This document shows, one piece after another, positions 19,284-29,260 of a DNA stretch of 64,000 nucleotides. Position 1 is the first letter of the stretch. The number at the start of each line of letters is the position of its first letter. The DNA comes from Thermoanaerobaculia bacterium (lineage in GTDB: Bacteria; Acidobacteriota; Thermoanaerobaculia; Gp7-AA8). Under the pieces are notes generated by a model. That model did not search any database and was not told the DNA's origin. It was given only the letters and a program-made list of their open reading frames with translations. The position numbers were made by a program, and so were the translations under genes. Location of the stretch: NCBI GenBank assembly GCA_035626775.1, contig DASPNA010000152.1:64135-128134 (forward strand). Direction: 5' to 3'.

Positions 19284-20026
19284 CGACCGCGCGCGACTTC
19301 TACGATTCCGACGATCCCGCGCGGTGGGGCCGCGACGAAATGCCGGAGCAGGAGCGCCTGACGCTGGAGTGGCTGGCGCGCGCGGATGACGGCATCGCGC
19401 TCGAGCTCGGATGCGGACGCGGCTTGCTCGCGCGCACGTCACGGCGTTATGTCGGACTCGATCTCGCGTTCGCGCCGTTGCGTGCGATGAGCGGCCGAGG
19501 AGTGCAGGGCGACATGGAGCGGTTGCCGTTCCGCGACGGGTCGATCGCGTTCGTGTTCAGTTGGGCCGCGATCGAGCACGTGCCGCATCCGGAGCGCGTG
19601 CTCGCGGAGATCGAGCGCGTGTTGCGCAGCGGCGGCACGGCGCTGCTCGCGCCGGCGTGGCACTGCCGGCCGTGGGCGGCAGAAGGTCTCGAGTTCCGGC
19701 CATACTCCGCGTTGAGCTTTACGCAGAAACTGCGCAAAGCGCTGATCCCCTTTCGCAACGCGGTGCTGTGGCGCGCGCTGTTCGAGCTGCCGCGCCGCGT
19801 CGCACGCGAACTGCTCGCGCTCGTGCGCACGCCGCCATTCAGCTACAAGCGACTGACGCCGAACCTCACCGAGTTTGTCGGCACCGACTGCGATGCCTTC
19901 ACGAGCATGGATCCGCATGCGGCCATCCTCTATTTCGCGAAACGCGGCTGGTCCGTGGTCAGCCACGGCACGTGGATGTCACGGATGCTGGTCCGGAACG
20001 GCGCGATCGTCGTGCGAAAAGCGTGA
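19280..20026 (+). CDS. Class I SAM-dependent methyltransferase
   Basis: GTG 19280 overlaps the upstream stop (GTGA). LELGCGRGLLAR is SAM motif I. MERLPFRDGSIAFVFSWAAIEHVPHPERVLAEIERVLRSGGTALL is the Methyltransf_11-like region. Confidence 0.75.
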   Translation: MTTARDFYDSDDPARWGRDEMPEQERLTLEWLARADDGIALELGCGRGLLARTSRRYVGLDLAFAPLRAMSGRGVQGDMERLPFRDGSIAFVFSWAAIEHVPHPERVLAEIERVLRSGGTALLAPAWHCRPWAAEGLEFRPYSALSFTQKLRKALIPFRNAVLWRALFELPRRVARELLALVRTPPFSYKRLTPNLTEFVGTDCDAFTSMDPHAAILYFAKRGWSVVSHGTWMSRMLVRNGAIVVRKA

Positions 20027-20031
20027 CCCAT

Positions 20032-20096
20032 CTGGAGCGACGGGCTCTCAGCCCGTCGACGCACGAGAACCGACGGGCTGAGAGCCGTCGCTCCAG
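20032..20096. repeat. Family B element, copy B2
   Basis: CTGGAGCGACGGGCTCTCAGCCCGTCGACGCACGAGAACCGACGGGCTGAGAGCCGTCGCTCCAG. Confidence 0.75.
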
Positions 20097-20110
20097 AAAT
20101 GATCTCCCTA

Positions 20111-20130
20111 TGCGACGCTGTTGCGTCGCA
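20111..20130. promoter_or_regulatory. Perfect 8-3-8 palindrome TGCGACGC-tgt-GCGTCGCA immediately upstream of the HMA-thioredoxin gene (candidate operator)
   Basis: The inverted repeat lies 4 bp before ATG 20134. Confidence 0.35.
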
Positions 20131-20133
20131 CGA

Positions 20134-20778
20134 ATGAAACGCCTCCTCGCCATCCTCTTCTTCACCCTGACGGCCTCGGCCGAGACGTTCACCTTCACGG
20201 TTGTGGGCATGGACTGCGCGGCGTGCGGCCCGCCCATCGTGAAGACGCTCAACGCCGTCGACGGCGTCGTGAACGCAAAGGTCGACTGGAAATCGAAGAC
20301 CGCCACGGTGGAGCTGCCGGCGAACTTCGACAAGCTGAAGATCCGCACCGCGCTGACGAACGCGGGCTTCGAGTCGGTGTTCCCGGGCGAAGATCGCCGC
20401 GAGATCCAGCCGCTGCCCGCCGACGTCGTGAAGACGCTCGACATCATCGAGTACAACGAAGGACGCAAGGTGGACATCCCCCGCCTCATGGCGCCCGGCA
20501 AAGTCACCATCGTCGACTTCTACGGCGCATGGTGCGGCCCATGCCGCGTGCTCGAGACGCGGCTGCAGCATCTGATGCGCGGCAAAAACAATCTCGCGCT
20601 GCGCCGCGTCGACATCGGCAAGTGGGACAACGAGGCGGCGAAGCAGGCCACGCGCGAGTTTCACGCCGAGGCGCTGCCGTACATCCGCGTGTATGACGCG
20701 AGCGGAGAGTTCGTTGGCGCCGTGACGGGCGGCATGTGGGACGAAGTGCTGGCGATGATCGCCAAGGCGGAGCGATGA
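20134..20778 (+). CDS. Heavy-metal-associated (HMA) domain - thioredoxin-fold fusion protein, secreted
   Basis: Signal MKRLLAILFFTLTASA. HMA motif GMDCAACGPP. Thioredoxin motif YGAWCGPCR. Confidence 0.75.
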   Translation: MKRLLAILFFTLTASAETFTFTVVGMDCAACGPPIVKTLNAVDGVVNAKVDWKSKTATVELPANFDKLKIRTALTNAGFESVFPGEDRREIQPLPADVVKTLDIIEYNEGRKVDIPRLMAPGKVTIVDFYGAWCGPCRVLETRLQHLMRGKNNLALRRVDIGKWDNEAAKQATREFHAEALPYIRVYDASGEFVGAVTGGMWDEVLAMIAKAER

Positions 20779-21740
20779 AGCGACTCGCATTCGCATTGCT
20801 GCTCACGCTGGCGCTGAATCCGAACGCATACGCCTGACCGGCCTGAGCGAATCCCAACCTCTCCGGCGGAGCAGGTCAGACCATCGCGGCGCCCGGCCAG
20901 TGGCGCCTCTCCTTCGACGTCGCACAAGGGACGTTCCGCACGTCGCACGTCGCGGAGTGTCCCGACGTCGCGCCGGAGTGCGCAACGGCGTTCATCCCTC
21001 CGCACATGCATCGCGCGGCCGTGCAACTCACGCACACCGAGACGACGCTGAGCTACGGCCTGCGCGAGCGCATGCAGCTCTCGCTGCGGCTGCCGTACGA
21101 CGTGAAAGACGTCGACATCCAATACGAAACGCTCGGCGGCGCGCCGTTCACGCCGCCGTACGGCGATATCCACCATCGCACGCAGACCCTGCGAGGCATC
21201 AGCGATCCGACCGTGCAGTTCGACTGGAATGCGCGCGGCAACTGGACGATCGGAGCCGGCCTGTCGCTTCCGATCGGCGACACCGTCGAGAATCCGATCA
21301 TCCTCGGGCGCGAAGGAAAGGAGCACCAGCACATCCAGTTCGGCAGCGGCACGTTCCGTCCTGTGCTCGCCGCGCAATGGTCGCGACCGAAGTTCTCCGC
21401 GCGCGCCGAAGCGCGATTGAGTCTCTACGAAAACGACGAAGGCTTCCGCGCGCCGAACAACTTCGTCTGGGCGCTCGGTCCGACCATCCGCGTGCGCGGC
21501 ATCGCCATCGATCCACGCCTGCAGGGACAGCATCAGACGCTGGGCAAGTGGAACGGCGAGCCGGACGAAGGCGACGGCTTCACGAACGCCGGCGTTCGCC
21601 TGCAAGTCGCGCTGCCGCAGTTTCGCGGCATCTCCATTGCGCCGGGCGTCTATCGCGAGCTGTATTCGAAGGGCTTGCATCACGAAGAGGATTTCCGGCA
21701 GGGGACGACCTGGAGCCTGTCGATGTCGCGGACGTTTTAG
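20775..21740 (+). pseudogene. Putative outer-membrane protein gene interrupted by two in-frame TGA codons directly after a 20-aa signal peptide
   Basis: In the same frame: ATG MKRLAFALLLTLALNPNAYA TGA P A TGA ANPNLSGGAGQ...MHRAAVQLTHTE... The 244-aa body is rich in beta-strand-like alternating residues. ATG 20775 overlaps the upstream stop. Confidence 0.45.
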
Positions 21741-21757
21741 TTGATTAAGATGCGCGG

Positions 21758-22345
21758 GTGCGCATCCTCGAAGACCTGATCCAGAACAACCGAACGTGGG
21801 CCGCCGACATGACCCGGCAGGACCCTCAATTCTTCACGCGACTCTCGCTGCAGCAGGCGCCGCAATACATGTGGGTCGGCTGCTCGGACAGCCGCGTGCC
21901 GGCCAATCAGATCGTCGGCCTCCTGCCCGGTGAGATGTTCGTGCATCGCAACGTCGGCAATGTCGTCGTGCACACGGACCTCAACTGCCTCTCCGCGATT
22001 CAGTTCGCCGTCGACGTGCTGCGCGTGCGCGACATCATCGTGTGCGGCCACTACGGCTGCGGCGGCGTCCTGTCCGCGCTCCGCGACGACAACCTCGGCC
22101 TCGTCGACAACTGGCTGCGCCACATCCAGGACGTGCGCCGCAAACACACGGCGGAAGTCGACGCGCTGCCCGACGAAGCGCAACGCCATCGGCGCCTGTG
22201 CGAGCTGAACGTCATCGAGCAGGTGCAGAATCTGCGGCAGACCACAGTCGTGCGCGATGCATGGGCGCGCGGCCAGGATCTCGCCGTACACGGATGGGTG
22301 TATGACCTCAACGACGGCTTGATCCAGGACCTCGGCGTAACGTAG
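21758..22345 (+). CDS. Beta-class carbonic anhydrase
   Basis: Zn-ligand motifs CSDSRV and HYGCGG. 195 aa, GTG start. Confidence 0.85.
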   Translation: MRILEDLIQNNRTWAADMTRQDPQFFTRLSLQQAPQYMWVGCSDSRVPANQIVGLLPGEMFVHRNVGNVVVHTDLNCLSAIQFAVDVLRVRDIIVCGHYGCGGVLSALRDDNLGLVDNWLRHIQDVRRKHTAEVDALPDEAQRHRRLCELNVIEQVQNLRQTTVVRDAWARGQDLAVHGWVYDLNDGLIQDLGVT

Positions 22346-22350
22346 CCAAA

Positions 22351-22369
22351 GTGGAGCGCCGGCGCTCCA
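22351..22369. terminator. Family C short palindrome GTGGAGCGCCGGCGCTCCAAC (C4), likely an intrinsic terminator-like hairpin after the carbonic anhydrase gene
   Basis: Perfect GGAGCGCC/GGCGCTCC stem. No U-tract. Confidence 0.4.
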
Positions 22370-22388
22370 ACGCTAGAATCGCGCCTTC

Positions 22389-24086
22389 ATGTGCGGAATC
22401 GCGGCGATGTTCGCTTACCGCTCCGGCGCGATCGATCGCGCGGAGCTCGAGGCGATCACGGCGCGCATGATCCCGCGCGGTCCGGACGCCGGCGGCACCT
22501 GGCTCTCGGACGATCAGCGCATCGGCCTCGGCAGCAGGCGGCTGGCCATCATCGACCTCTCCGCGGAAGGCACGCAGCCGATGTGGGACGTCCAGCGCGA
22601 ACTGGTCATCGTCTTCAACGGCGAGATCTACAACCACGCCGAGCTGCGCGCATCGCTCACACGCGGCGGCGCGCAGTTCCACTCGCGCACCGACACGGAA
22701 GTCCTGCTCGGGCTCTATCGCCGCGACGGCGCGCGCATGACCGAGCTGCTGCGCGGGATGTTCGCGTTCGCGATCTTCGACACGCGCATGCGCCGGATGT
22801 TCGTCGCGCGCGATCCGTACGGCATCAAGCCGCTGTATCTCGCCGATGACGGCGCGACGATCCGCATCGCGTCAGAGGTGAAAGCTCTCACGGCCGGCGG
22901 ACGCGTATCGAACGCGATCGATCCCGCCGGCGCGGCCGGTTTCTTTCTCACCGGTTCGGTGCCGGAGCCCTTCACCATTCGCCGCCACGTCCGGGCGATC
23001 GAACCCGGCACGTCGTTCTTCATCGACGAAGAACGCGGCATCAACGAGCAACGCCGCTATTTCTCGATCGCCGAAGTCTTCCGCGACGCGAAAGACGACG
23101 CGCTCGTCGATCCCGCGGTCTTCGTGCGCGAGCGGCTCGAAGAATCGGTGACGCACCATCTCGTCGCGGACGTTCCGGTCGGCGTGTTTCTTTCGGCCGG
23201 CATCGACTCCTCCGCGATCGCACGCATCGCCGCGCGCAAGACGCTGCTGCACACGTTCACGCTCTCCTTCACGGAGTTCAGCGAGGCGCCGCTGGCGGAA
23301 CGATTCGCGCGCGAGCTCGGCATGAGCCAGATCACGCGCGTCGTCGGACGCGACGAGTTCCTCGGCGACCTGCCGCGCATCTTCGAGCGGATGGATCAGC
23401 CGACCATCGACGGCGTGAACACGTGGTTCATCAGCAAAGCGGCGCACGAAGCCGGCATCAAGCTCGCCCTCTCCGGCCTCGGCGGCGATGAGCTCCTCGG
23501 CGGTTATCCGTCGTTCAGGAACGTGCCGCGCATGGTGCGTTTCCCGCGCCTGGCACGCGTCGTTGGCGCGCTGCGGCGCCATCCGAAAGCGCGACTGATC
23601 CGCGAATATGGCGGCACGTACGCGGGCGCGTATCTGTTGCAACGCGGCCTCTTTCTCCCTGACGAACTGCCGGACATCCTCGGCGCCGACGTTGCGCGCG
23701 AAGGAATGGAGCGCCTGCAGCCCCTCGAGAACTTCGAGCGCGCGATCGAGCCCGATCCCGGCACGCCGTTCGGCCGCGTGGCCGCGCTCGAATCGTCGCT
23801 CTACATGCGCAATCAACTGCTGCGCGACGCCGACTGGGCGAGCATGGCCCATTCGGTGGAAGTGCGCACGCCGCTCGTCGACGTGTACCTGCTGCGCCAG
23901 CTCGCGCCGATGCTCGCGCAGCAGGGTGACAAGTCCGCGCTTGCCGCCGACCTCCCGGATTACCTGCGCGATCGCAAGAAGACCGGCTTCTTCGTGCCGA
24001 TGAAAGAGTGGGGGAACTTGCCGCCGGACGGCACATCGACGCGCATGCGCAGTTGGGCGCGACGCGTATGGGAATCGTTCGCATGA
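22389..24086 (+). CDS. Asparagine synthase (glutamine-hydrolysing) family amidotransferase, of the type found in exopolysaccharide loci
   Basis: N-terminal MCGIAAMF (class II GATase Cys2). RLAIIDL motif. Synthetase region LSAGIDSSAIA. Confidence 0.85.
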   Translation: MCGIAAMFAYRSGAIDRAELEAITARMIPRGPDAGGTWLSDDQRIGLGSRRLAIIDLSAEGTQPMWDVQRELVIVFNGEIYNHAELRASLTRGGAQFHSRTDTEVLLGLYRRDGARMTELLRGMFAFAIFDTRMRRMFVARDPYGIKPLYLADDGATIRIASEVKALTAGGRVSNAIDPAGAAGFFLTGSVPEPFTIRRHVRAIEPGTSFFIDEERGINEQRRYFSIAEVFRDAKDDALVDPAVFVRERLEESVTHHLVADVPVGVFLSAGIDSSAIARIAARKTLLHTFTLSFTEFSEAPLAERFARELGMSQITRVVGRDEFLGDLPRIFERMDQPTIDGVNTWFISKAAHEAGIKLALSGLGGDELLGGYPSFRNVPRMVRFPRLARVVGALRRHPKARLIREYGGTYAGAYLLQRGLFLPDELPDILGADVAREGMERLQPLENFERAIEPDPGTPFGRVAALESSLYMRNQLLRDADWASMAHSVEVRTPLVDVYLLRQLAPMLAQQGDKSALAADLPDYLRDRKKTGFFVPMKEWGNLPPDGTSTRMRSWARRVWESFA

Positions 24087-25123
24087 ACGTGCTCTTTCTC
24101 GTCACCGACGCGTACGGCGGCTACGGCGGCATCGCGCTTTTCAATCGCGAGCTGTGCGCGGCATTGCGCGACGCGCGCATCACCGTGATTCCGCGAATCG
24201 TGCGCGGCTCGGTTCCCGATCCGCCACCGCACGTGACGTTCATCGCGGAGGCGGCCAACGGTCCGGCGGCGTATCTGCGCGCGATCTCGAACGCGCGCCG
24301 CGCGAAGTGGGACCTGATCATCTGCGGCCATATCAACCTGCTGCCGGTGGCGACGTTCTGGCGTCCTCTGCTCGTCGTGCACGGCATCGAGGCGTGGAAG
24401 AAGCGGAAGATACCGATCGCGCAATGTCGCGGGATCGTATCGGTGAGCGCGCTGACGAGGGATCGCATGTGCGGCTGGTCGCGCTACGCCGGACCCGCGT
24501 ACGTGCTGCCGAACGCGGTGCATCTCGAACAGTACGGCATCCGCGAACAACGCGCGGATCTCATCGCGCGCTATCGTCTCGAAGGAAAGCGCGTGCTGCT
24601 CACGGTCGGCAGGCTCGATTCGGCGGAGCGCTCGAAGGGCTTCGATGAAGTGATCGACGTGCTGCGCGATCTGCCGGAGGACGTCGTGTACATGATCGCC
24701 GGCGGCGGAGATGATGCGTCGCGATTGCAGGCGCGCGCGCGCGAGCTCGGTGTGGCGTCGCGCGTCATCTTCACCGGGCTCTTTGGAGAAGAAGACAAGG
24801 CCGATCTCTACAACCTCGCCGATGTGTACGTGATGCCGAGCCGAGGGGAGGGCTTCGGCTTCGTGTTCCTCGAGGCGATGGCGTGCGGCGTGCCCGCGAT
24901 TGCAAGCAAACTCGATGGCGGCCGCGAGGCGCTGCTGAACGGAAAGCTCGGCGCGCTGGTCGATCCAACCAATCGCGCGGAGATCCGCGCGGCCATCCTC
25001 GAGACCTTGGAACGACGGGCTCTCGCCCCGTCGAGTCGGCGCATTCCGGAGGGACTCGAACATTTTTCGTTCGAGAACTTCGCGGCACGCGCGCAGGCGA
25101 TCATCGCTCGCGCAGCCGTCTGA
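24083..25123 (+). CDS. Glycosyltransferase, GT4 family
   Basis: ATG overlaps the asnB-like stop. C-terminal EGFGFVFLEAMACGVPAIAS motif. Confidence 0.8.
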   Translation: MNVLFLVTDAYGGYGGIALFNRELCAALRDARITVIPRIVRGSVPDPPPHVTFIAEAANGPAAYLRAISNARRAKWDLIICGHINLLPVATFWRPLLVVHGIEAWKKRKIPIAQCRGIVSVSALTRDRMCGWSRYAGPAYVLPNAVHLEQYGIREQRADLIARYRLEGKRVLLTVGRLDSAERSKGFDEVIDVLRDLPEDVVYMIAGGGDDASRLQARARELGVASRVIFTGLFGEEDKADLYNLADVYVMPSRGEGFGFVFLEAMACGVPAIASKLDGGREALLNGKLGALVDPTNRAEIRAAILETLERRALAPSSRRIPEGLEHFSFENFAARAQAIIARAAV

Positions 25124-26045
25124 TGCGCTCTTCGGGAGCGATCGCGCGCAGTTCCTCGTAGCGCTGCATCGCCGGCGCGGCGTTGCCGATGATCTTGCCG
25201 GGTTGCGCGCGATGCCAGATGTGCACGATCGGGAGGTAGCCGAACTCGTAGACGCGGCCGTGCGCGCGTGCGCGTTCCCAGAACTCGAGGTCCTCGCCGC
25301 CCCAGCCGACGAAACTCTCATCGAAGCCGCCGATGGCGAGGTACGCCTCTTTCGTCGCGGCGATACTGCCGCCTTTGAGGTTCTGCACGACGTTGGTGAT
25401 GCGCTCGCCAAGTTCGTCCTGGTAGAAGATGAAGCGTTTCAGATCGACGAAGTGCGCGCCCTCGCTGACGCGGTCGACGACTTCAGCCGCGTAGCGTGCA
25501 GGGACGAGCATGTCGTTGTCGTGCGCGATGATCACATCGCCGCGCGCCATGCGCACCGCTTCGTTGAACGTCGCGGCGCGGCAGTAATCGAAGTCGCGCG
25601 CGACGGGCGTGTGGAGATAGCGCACCCACGTGGGGAGCGCGGCTTCGATCTCGCGCTGCGCGGATTGCTCGATGACGATGCATTCGATCGGGACGTCGAT
25701 CTGGCCGGCGATGCTGCGCAGGGTCGCGAGCAGGTTCGGGAGGCGTTCCATGCCGCGATGGCCGATGAGGAACGAGACCTTCGGCGGGCCGGGCATTCGC
25801 GGCGCATCGCGGTTGTCGATCGGCCAGCGGCTCAGCGTGCGGCGCAACAGCACGTTCGCGGTGAACGGATAGACCTTCGCGATGTGCAGATCGGACGTGA
25901 AGCGCCACTCGCAGCGTACGCCGCGGCCGTCGGTGACGATGGCCTCATTGCGGTTGCGCATCAGGTTCGGATCGCCCGCCAGGCCGTGGCGCAGGAAGCG
26001 CGGCCAGTCGTAGGCGAGGGCGCCGAGTTTGTGGCGAAGCGACAT
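25101..26045 (-). CDS. GT2-like (GT-A fold) glycosyltransferase
   Basis: DND (DxD) motif and the GGFDESFVGWGGEDLEF C-terminal motif of GT2/GT7-like enzymes. Confidence 0.7.
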   Translation of the reverse strand: MSLRHKLGALAYDWPRFLRHGLAGDPNLMRNRNEAIVTDGRGVRCEWRFTSDLHIAKVYPFTANVLLRRTLSRWPIDNRDAPRMPGPPKVSFLIGHRGMERLPNLLATLRSIAGQIDVPIECIVIEQSAQREIEAALPTWVRYLHTPVARDFDYCRAATFNEAVRMARGDVIIAHDNDMLVPARYAAEVVDRVSEGAHFVDLKRFIFYQDELGERITNVVQNLKGGSIAATKEAYLAIGGFDESFVGWGGEDLEFWERARAHGRVYEFGYLPIVHIWHRAQPGKIIGNAAPAMQRYEELRAIAPEERIRRLRER

Positions 26046-26066
26046 GCGCGCCGATTCTCACATGTA

Positions 26067-26109
26067 TGGAGTGCGGCAGCGCCAGCTGCGGCTTTGCCGC
26101 CGCACTCCA
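26067..26109. repeat. Family C palindrome, copy C2
   Basis: GGAGTGCGGCAGCGCCAGCTGCGGCTTTGCCGCCGCACTCC. Confidence 0.6.
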
Positions 26110-26111
26110 GA

Positions 26112-27323
26112 TCAACCCGCGTGGGGCCATTCGCTGCCGGGATCGTCGTGTGCCCGTTTGCGCAGGCCGCGCACGAGCAGCTCCGCGACGCTGTCCGGAA
26201 CGCCGAGTCGCGTGAGAAAGCCCTCGTCGCGCGAGGCGGGAGGAAGCGCGCCGCCAACGCGCGCAGGCCGCGCGAGTGCATCGCGGAATGCGGCAGCCCA
26301 CGCATCGATCGCGCCCTGTTCGGAACGAATGCCCTGCTGCGACACGCGCGCCGCGCCCGACAACTTTTCGAGCAAAGCGCGATCGCGATGCAGACGCTCG
26401 ATCGCATCCGCCGCCGCGCCGATGTCGCCGATCGGAAAACGCAGTGCATTCTCGCCGTCGATGAAATCCTCGGAACCGACATCGAGCGACGTCACGGGCA
26501 CGACGCCATGCGCCATCGCCTCGCGTGGCGCGATGGTCAGCCCCTCATACTCCGCAAAGTGCACGAGCACATCGAGCTCCGGATAGACGCGCTCGTACAA
26601 CTCCGTCGTAGAAAGCCATCCGTGCATGCGCGCGCGGGGCAGACGCGAGCGAAGCTCCTCGAGCAGCGTCCCGTCTCCTGCCACATCGAGCGTGAACGGA
26701 ATCGCGCGACGTTCCAGCTCTTCGACGAGCAACGGCAGATCGCGCACGCGCTTCTGCACCTGCTCGAGTCTCCCGACGTAGCCGATGCGCAGCGGTCCGT
26801 CGTTTGACGCATGCATGCGATGCGGACTCGCGACGCCGCCCGGGATACTCACTGCCGGCACGGAAGTCATCCGTTGCACCTCGTCGAGTATGCGCCGGCC
26901 GCTCGTGACGCAGACATCGACGAACTCTCGATAGCGCGCGAGGTCCACAAAGTACTCGCGCTCGAAGGCCTGCACGGTCACGGCTAAACGCAGCCGATGC
27001 CCAGCTCGTTTGAGTGCCGACGCTACCGGATACGCGTCGAACATGCGCGCGATCAGTACGACGTCCGGATCGGTCTCGAACATCACGCGGCGCAATGCGC
27101 GCCTGCGCCCGTACACGGTGCCGCTGGTGCCGTCGACGTCGACGCCGCGCACGTCGGGAAACGCGCGCCGGAACGCATCGGGATCGTGAAACCGCTTCCC
27201 TTTCGCGAGCGCGAACACCACCTCGAACCCGCGCGACGGCAGGTGCCGCGCCAGCGACTCCATGATCCGCTCGACGCCGCCCTGCAGGTAGTGCGTCGGC
27301 GTGCAGATGAGGACGCGCGCCAT
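26112..27323 (-). CDS. Glycosyltransferase, GT4 family
   Basis: The 403-aa protein has the general organisation of GT4 enzymes (assigned by eye). Confidence 0.7.
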   Translation of the reverse strand: MARVLICTPTHYLQGGVERIMESLARHLPSRGFEVVFALAKGKRFHDPDAFRRAFPDVRGVDVDGTSGTVYGRRRALRRVMFETDPDVVLIARMFDAYPVASALKRAGHRLRLAVTVQAFEREYFVDLARYREFVDVCVTSGRRILDEVQRMTSVPAVSIPGGVASPHRMHASNDGPLRIGYVGRLEQVQKRVRDLPLLVEELERRAIPFTLDVAGDGTLLEELRSRLPRARMHGWLSTTELYERVYPELDVLVHFAEYEGLTIAPREAMAHGVVPVTSLDVGSEDFIDGENALRFPIGDIGAAADAIERLHRDRALLEKLSGAARVSQQGIRSEQGAIDAWAAAFRDALARPARVGGALPPASRDEGFLTRLGVPDSVAELLVRGLRKRAHDDPGSEWPHAG

Positions 27324-27350
27324 CGTTGGCCCATAATCTCACGCTGCAAC

Positions 27351-28316
27351 ATGGAGATGCGCGCGGGGCTGGTCACCACGATCCTTCCGGTGTACAACCG
27401 CGCGGCGATGCTGCGCGACTCGGCCGCGAGCGTGCTCGCGCAGACGTATCGCGACTTCGAGCTGATCATCATCGACGACGGCTCGACCGACGACACCGGC
27501 GCGGTTGCCGATGCCATCGTGGCGGAGCATCCCGACGTCGTGCGCGTCATTCATCAGCGCAACGCCGGCGTGGGTGCTGCGCGCGAAGCAGGACGCCTCG
27601 CCGCGCGCGGTGAGTTCATCCAGCACCTCGACAGCGATGACCTGCTCTACCCGCGCAAGTTCGAGTGCCAGGTGGCCGGGCTGCGGGCGCATCCGGAATG
27701 CGGAGTGTCGTACGGCTGGACGCGCTCCCACATGTACGACGGCACGCTCAGCGAGACACCGGACAAGCGCACCGGCGAGCGCATCGAGACGATGTTTCCG
27801 GCCATGCTGCAGTCGCGCTGGTGGCAGACCATCACGCCGCTGTATCGCGCCTCGCTGATCCATCGCGCCGGCGCGTGGCTGCCGCTGCGCAACGAGGAGG
27901 ACTGGGAGTACGACGCACGCATCGCCGCACTGGGCGTGCGTCTGCACCACTGCGAGGAGTGGCTGGCCGAGATGCGCCATCACGATCGCGGCCGGCTTTC
28001 CGATCACGGCATGGCGCCCGACATCCTCCGCGACCGCGCCCGCGCCCACGCCCTCATCCTCGGCCACGCGCAACGCGCCGGCATCGGGGCGGACGTGCCG
28101 GAGATGAAGCGCTTCGCACGCGAGTTGTTCCTGCTCGCGCGCCAATGCGGCGACGCGGGCCTGCCCGATGAGTCCAAGATGCTGTTCCTGCTCGCGCGCG
28201 AGGCATCCGGTCCCGATCGCGATCGCTTTCAGTTCCGCCTGTACGCCGCGGCCGCACGCGTGTTCGGCTGGTCGCTCACCGGCCGCATCGCCTGCCTCTC
28301 GGATCACCTGCGATGA
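27351..28316 (+). CDS. Glycosyltransferase, GT2 family
   Basis: TILPVYNRAAML...ELIIIDDGSTDDT...LDSDD, classic GT2. Confidence 0.8.
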   Translation: MEMRAGLVTTILPVYNRAAMLRDSAASVLAQTYRDFELIIIDDGSTDDTGAVADAIVAEHPDVVRVIHQRNAGVGAAREAGRLAARGEFIQHLDSDDLLYPRKFECQVAGLRAHPECGVSYGWTRSHMYDGTLSETPDKRTGERIETMFPAMLQSRWWQTITPLYRASLIHRAGAWLPLRNEEDWEYDARIAALGVRLHHCEEWLAEMRHHDRGRLSDHGMAPDILRDRARAHALILGHAQRAGIGADVPEMKRFARELFLLARQCGDAGLPDESKMLFLLAREASGPDRDRFQFRLYAAAARVFGWSLTGRIACLSDHLR

Positions 28317-29206
28317 GACTCTCCGTCGTGATGGCGGTGTTCAACGGCGCGCGCACGCTCGACGCGACGCTGCAGAGCATCCTCACCCAGAGCGAGCGTG
28401 ATTTCGAGTTGATCGCGATCGACGACGGCTCGACCGACGAAACACCCGCGATCCTGGCGCGCTGCGAAGATCCACGACTGCGCTTGATCACGCAGGCCAA
28501 TGCGGGACTCACGCGCGCGCTCATCCGCGGTTGCGGCGAGGCGCGCGCCGACGTCATCGCGCGCCACGATTGCGGCGATCGTTCGCGGCCCGAGCGGTTC
28601 GCGCGGCAGCTCGCGCTACTTGAACAGGGACACGCGGTCGTGTCCTGTGCGACGCGTTTCGTCGATGGCGATGGTGACTTTCTGTATGTCTCGCGCGCGA
28701 ATGGCGAGGAAGTGCGGCGCAGTCTGGTCAGCGATGACGCGCGTGCCATTCACGCGCTGCCGCATCACGGCTCGGCGATGTTCACACGCGACGCATATGA
28801 GCGCGCGGGCGGGTATCGCGAAGAGTTTCGCGTTGCGCAGGATCTCGATCTCTGGATCCGTATCGCGCGCGACGGTGGGACGTTCGCGATCGATGACGAA
28901 GTTCTGTACGAGGCCACGGTCGACGCGCGCAGCATCAGCGGAACCGCGCGCGACGCGCAGGTGCGGCTTACCGAGATCGCGGTTGCGTTGCGCGATGGTC
29001 GCGGGTCGCTCGATGACGCGCGAGCGGTACAACCAGCGCGAATGACACCGCGCGGCGAAGCGGCGGCGTTGTATTTCATCGCGAGGTGTCTGCTGCGGCA
29101 GAAGAATCGGAAGGGGTGGCGGATGTTACTCGATGCGATACGGCGCGATCCGCTGCTGCTATGGAGTGCGGCAGCGAAGCTGCCGCTTTCAAAGCGGCGG
29201 CGATAG
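28313..29206 (+). CDS. Glycosyltransferase, GT2 family
   Basis: ATGA overlap with the upstream gene. SVVMAVFNGARTL...ELIAIDDGSTDET. The C-terminus runs into repeat C3. Confidence 0.8.
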   Translation: MRLSVVMAVFNGARTLDATLQSILTQSERDFELIAIDDGSTDETPAILARCEDPRLRLITQANAGLTRALIRGCGEARADVIARHDCGDRSRPERFARQLALLEQGHAVVSCATRFVDGDGDFLYVSRANGEEVRRSLVSDDARAIHALPHHGSAMFTRDAYERAGGYREEFRVAQDLDLWIRIARDGGTFAIDDEVLYEATVDARSISGTARDAQVRLTEIAVALRDGRGSLDDARAVQPARMTPRGEAAALYFIARCLLRQKNRKGWRMLLDAIRRDPLLLWSAAAKLPLSKRRR

Positions 29207-29260
29207 CCGCCGCACTTCAGGGTGCGGCAGCGAAGCTGCCGGCTTTGCCGCCGCACTCCA
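29162..29260. repeat. Family C palindromic element, copy C3 (two tandem hairpin modules)
   Basis: GGAGTGCGGCAGCGAAGCTGCCGC ... GCCGCCGCACTTCAGGGTGCGGCAGCGAAGCTGCCGGCTTTGCCGCCGCACTCC. Confidence 0.65.

Noticed and set aside
19411-20133. Long upstream extension of the HMA-thioredoxin ORF (455 aa from 19411)
   Set aside because: The extension is off-frame read-through of the methyltransferase gene and repeat B2. The true start is the signal-peptide Met at 20134, just after the palindrome.
20835-20846. Selenocysteine (UGA recoding) in the outer-membrane protein gene
   Set aside because: The two TGA codons are 6 nt apart directly after the signal peptide. No SECIS-like hairpin follows and no redox motif surrounds them. 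Nonsense disruption or a sequencing error is more likely.
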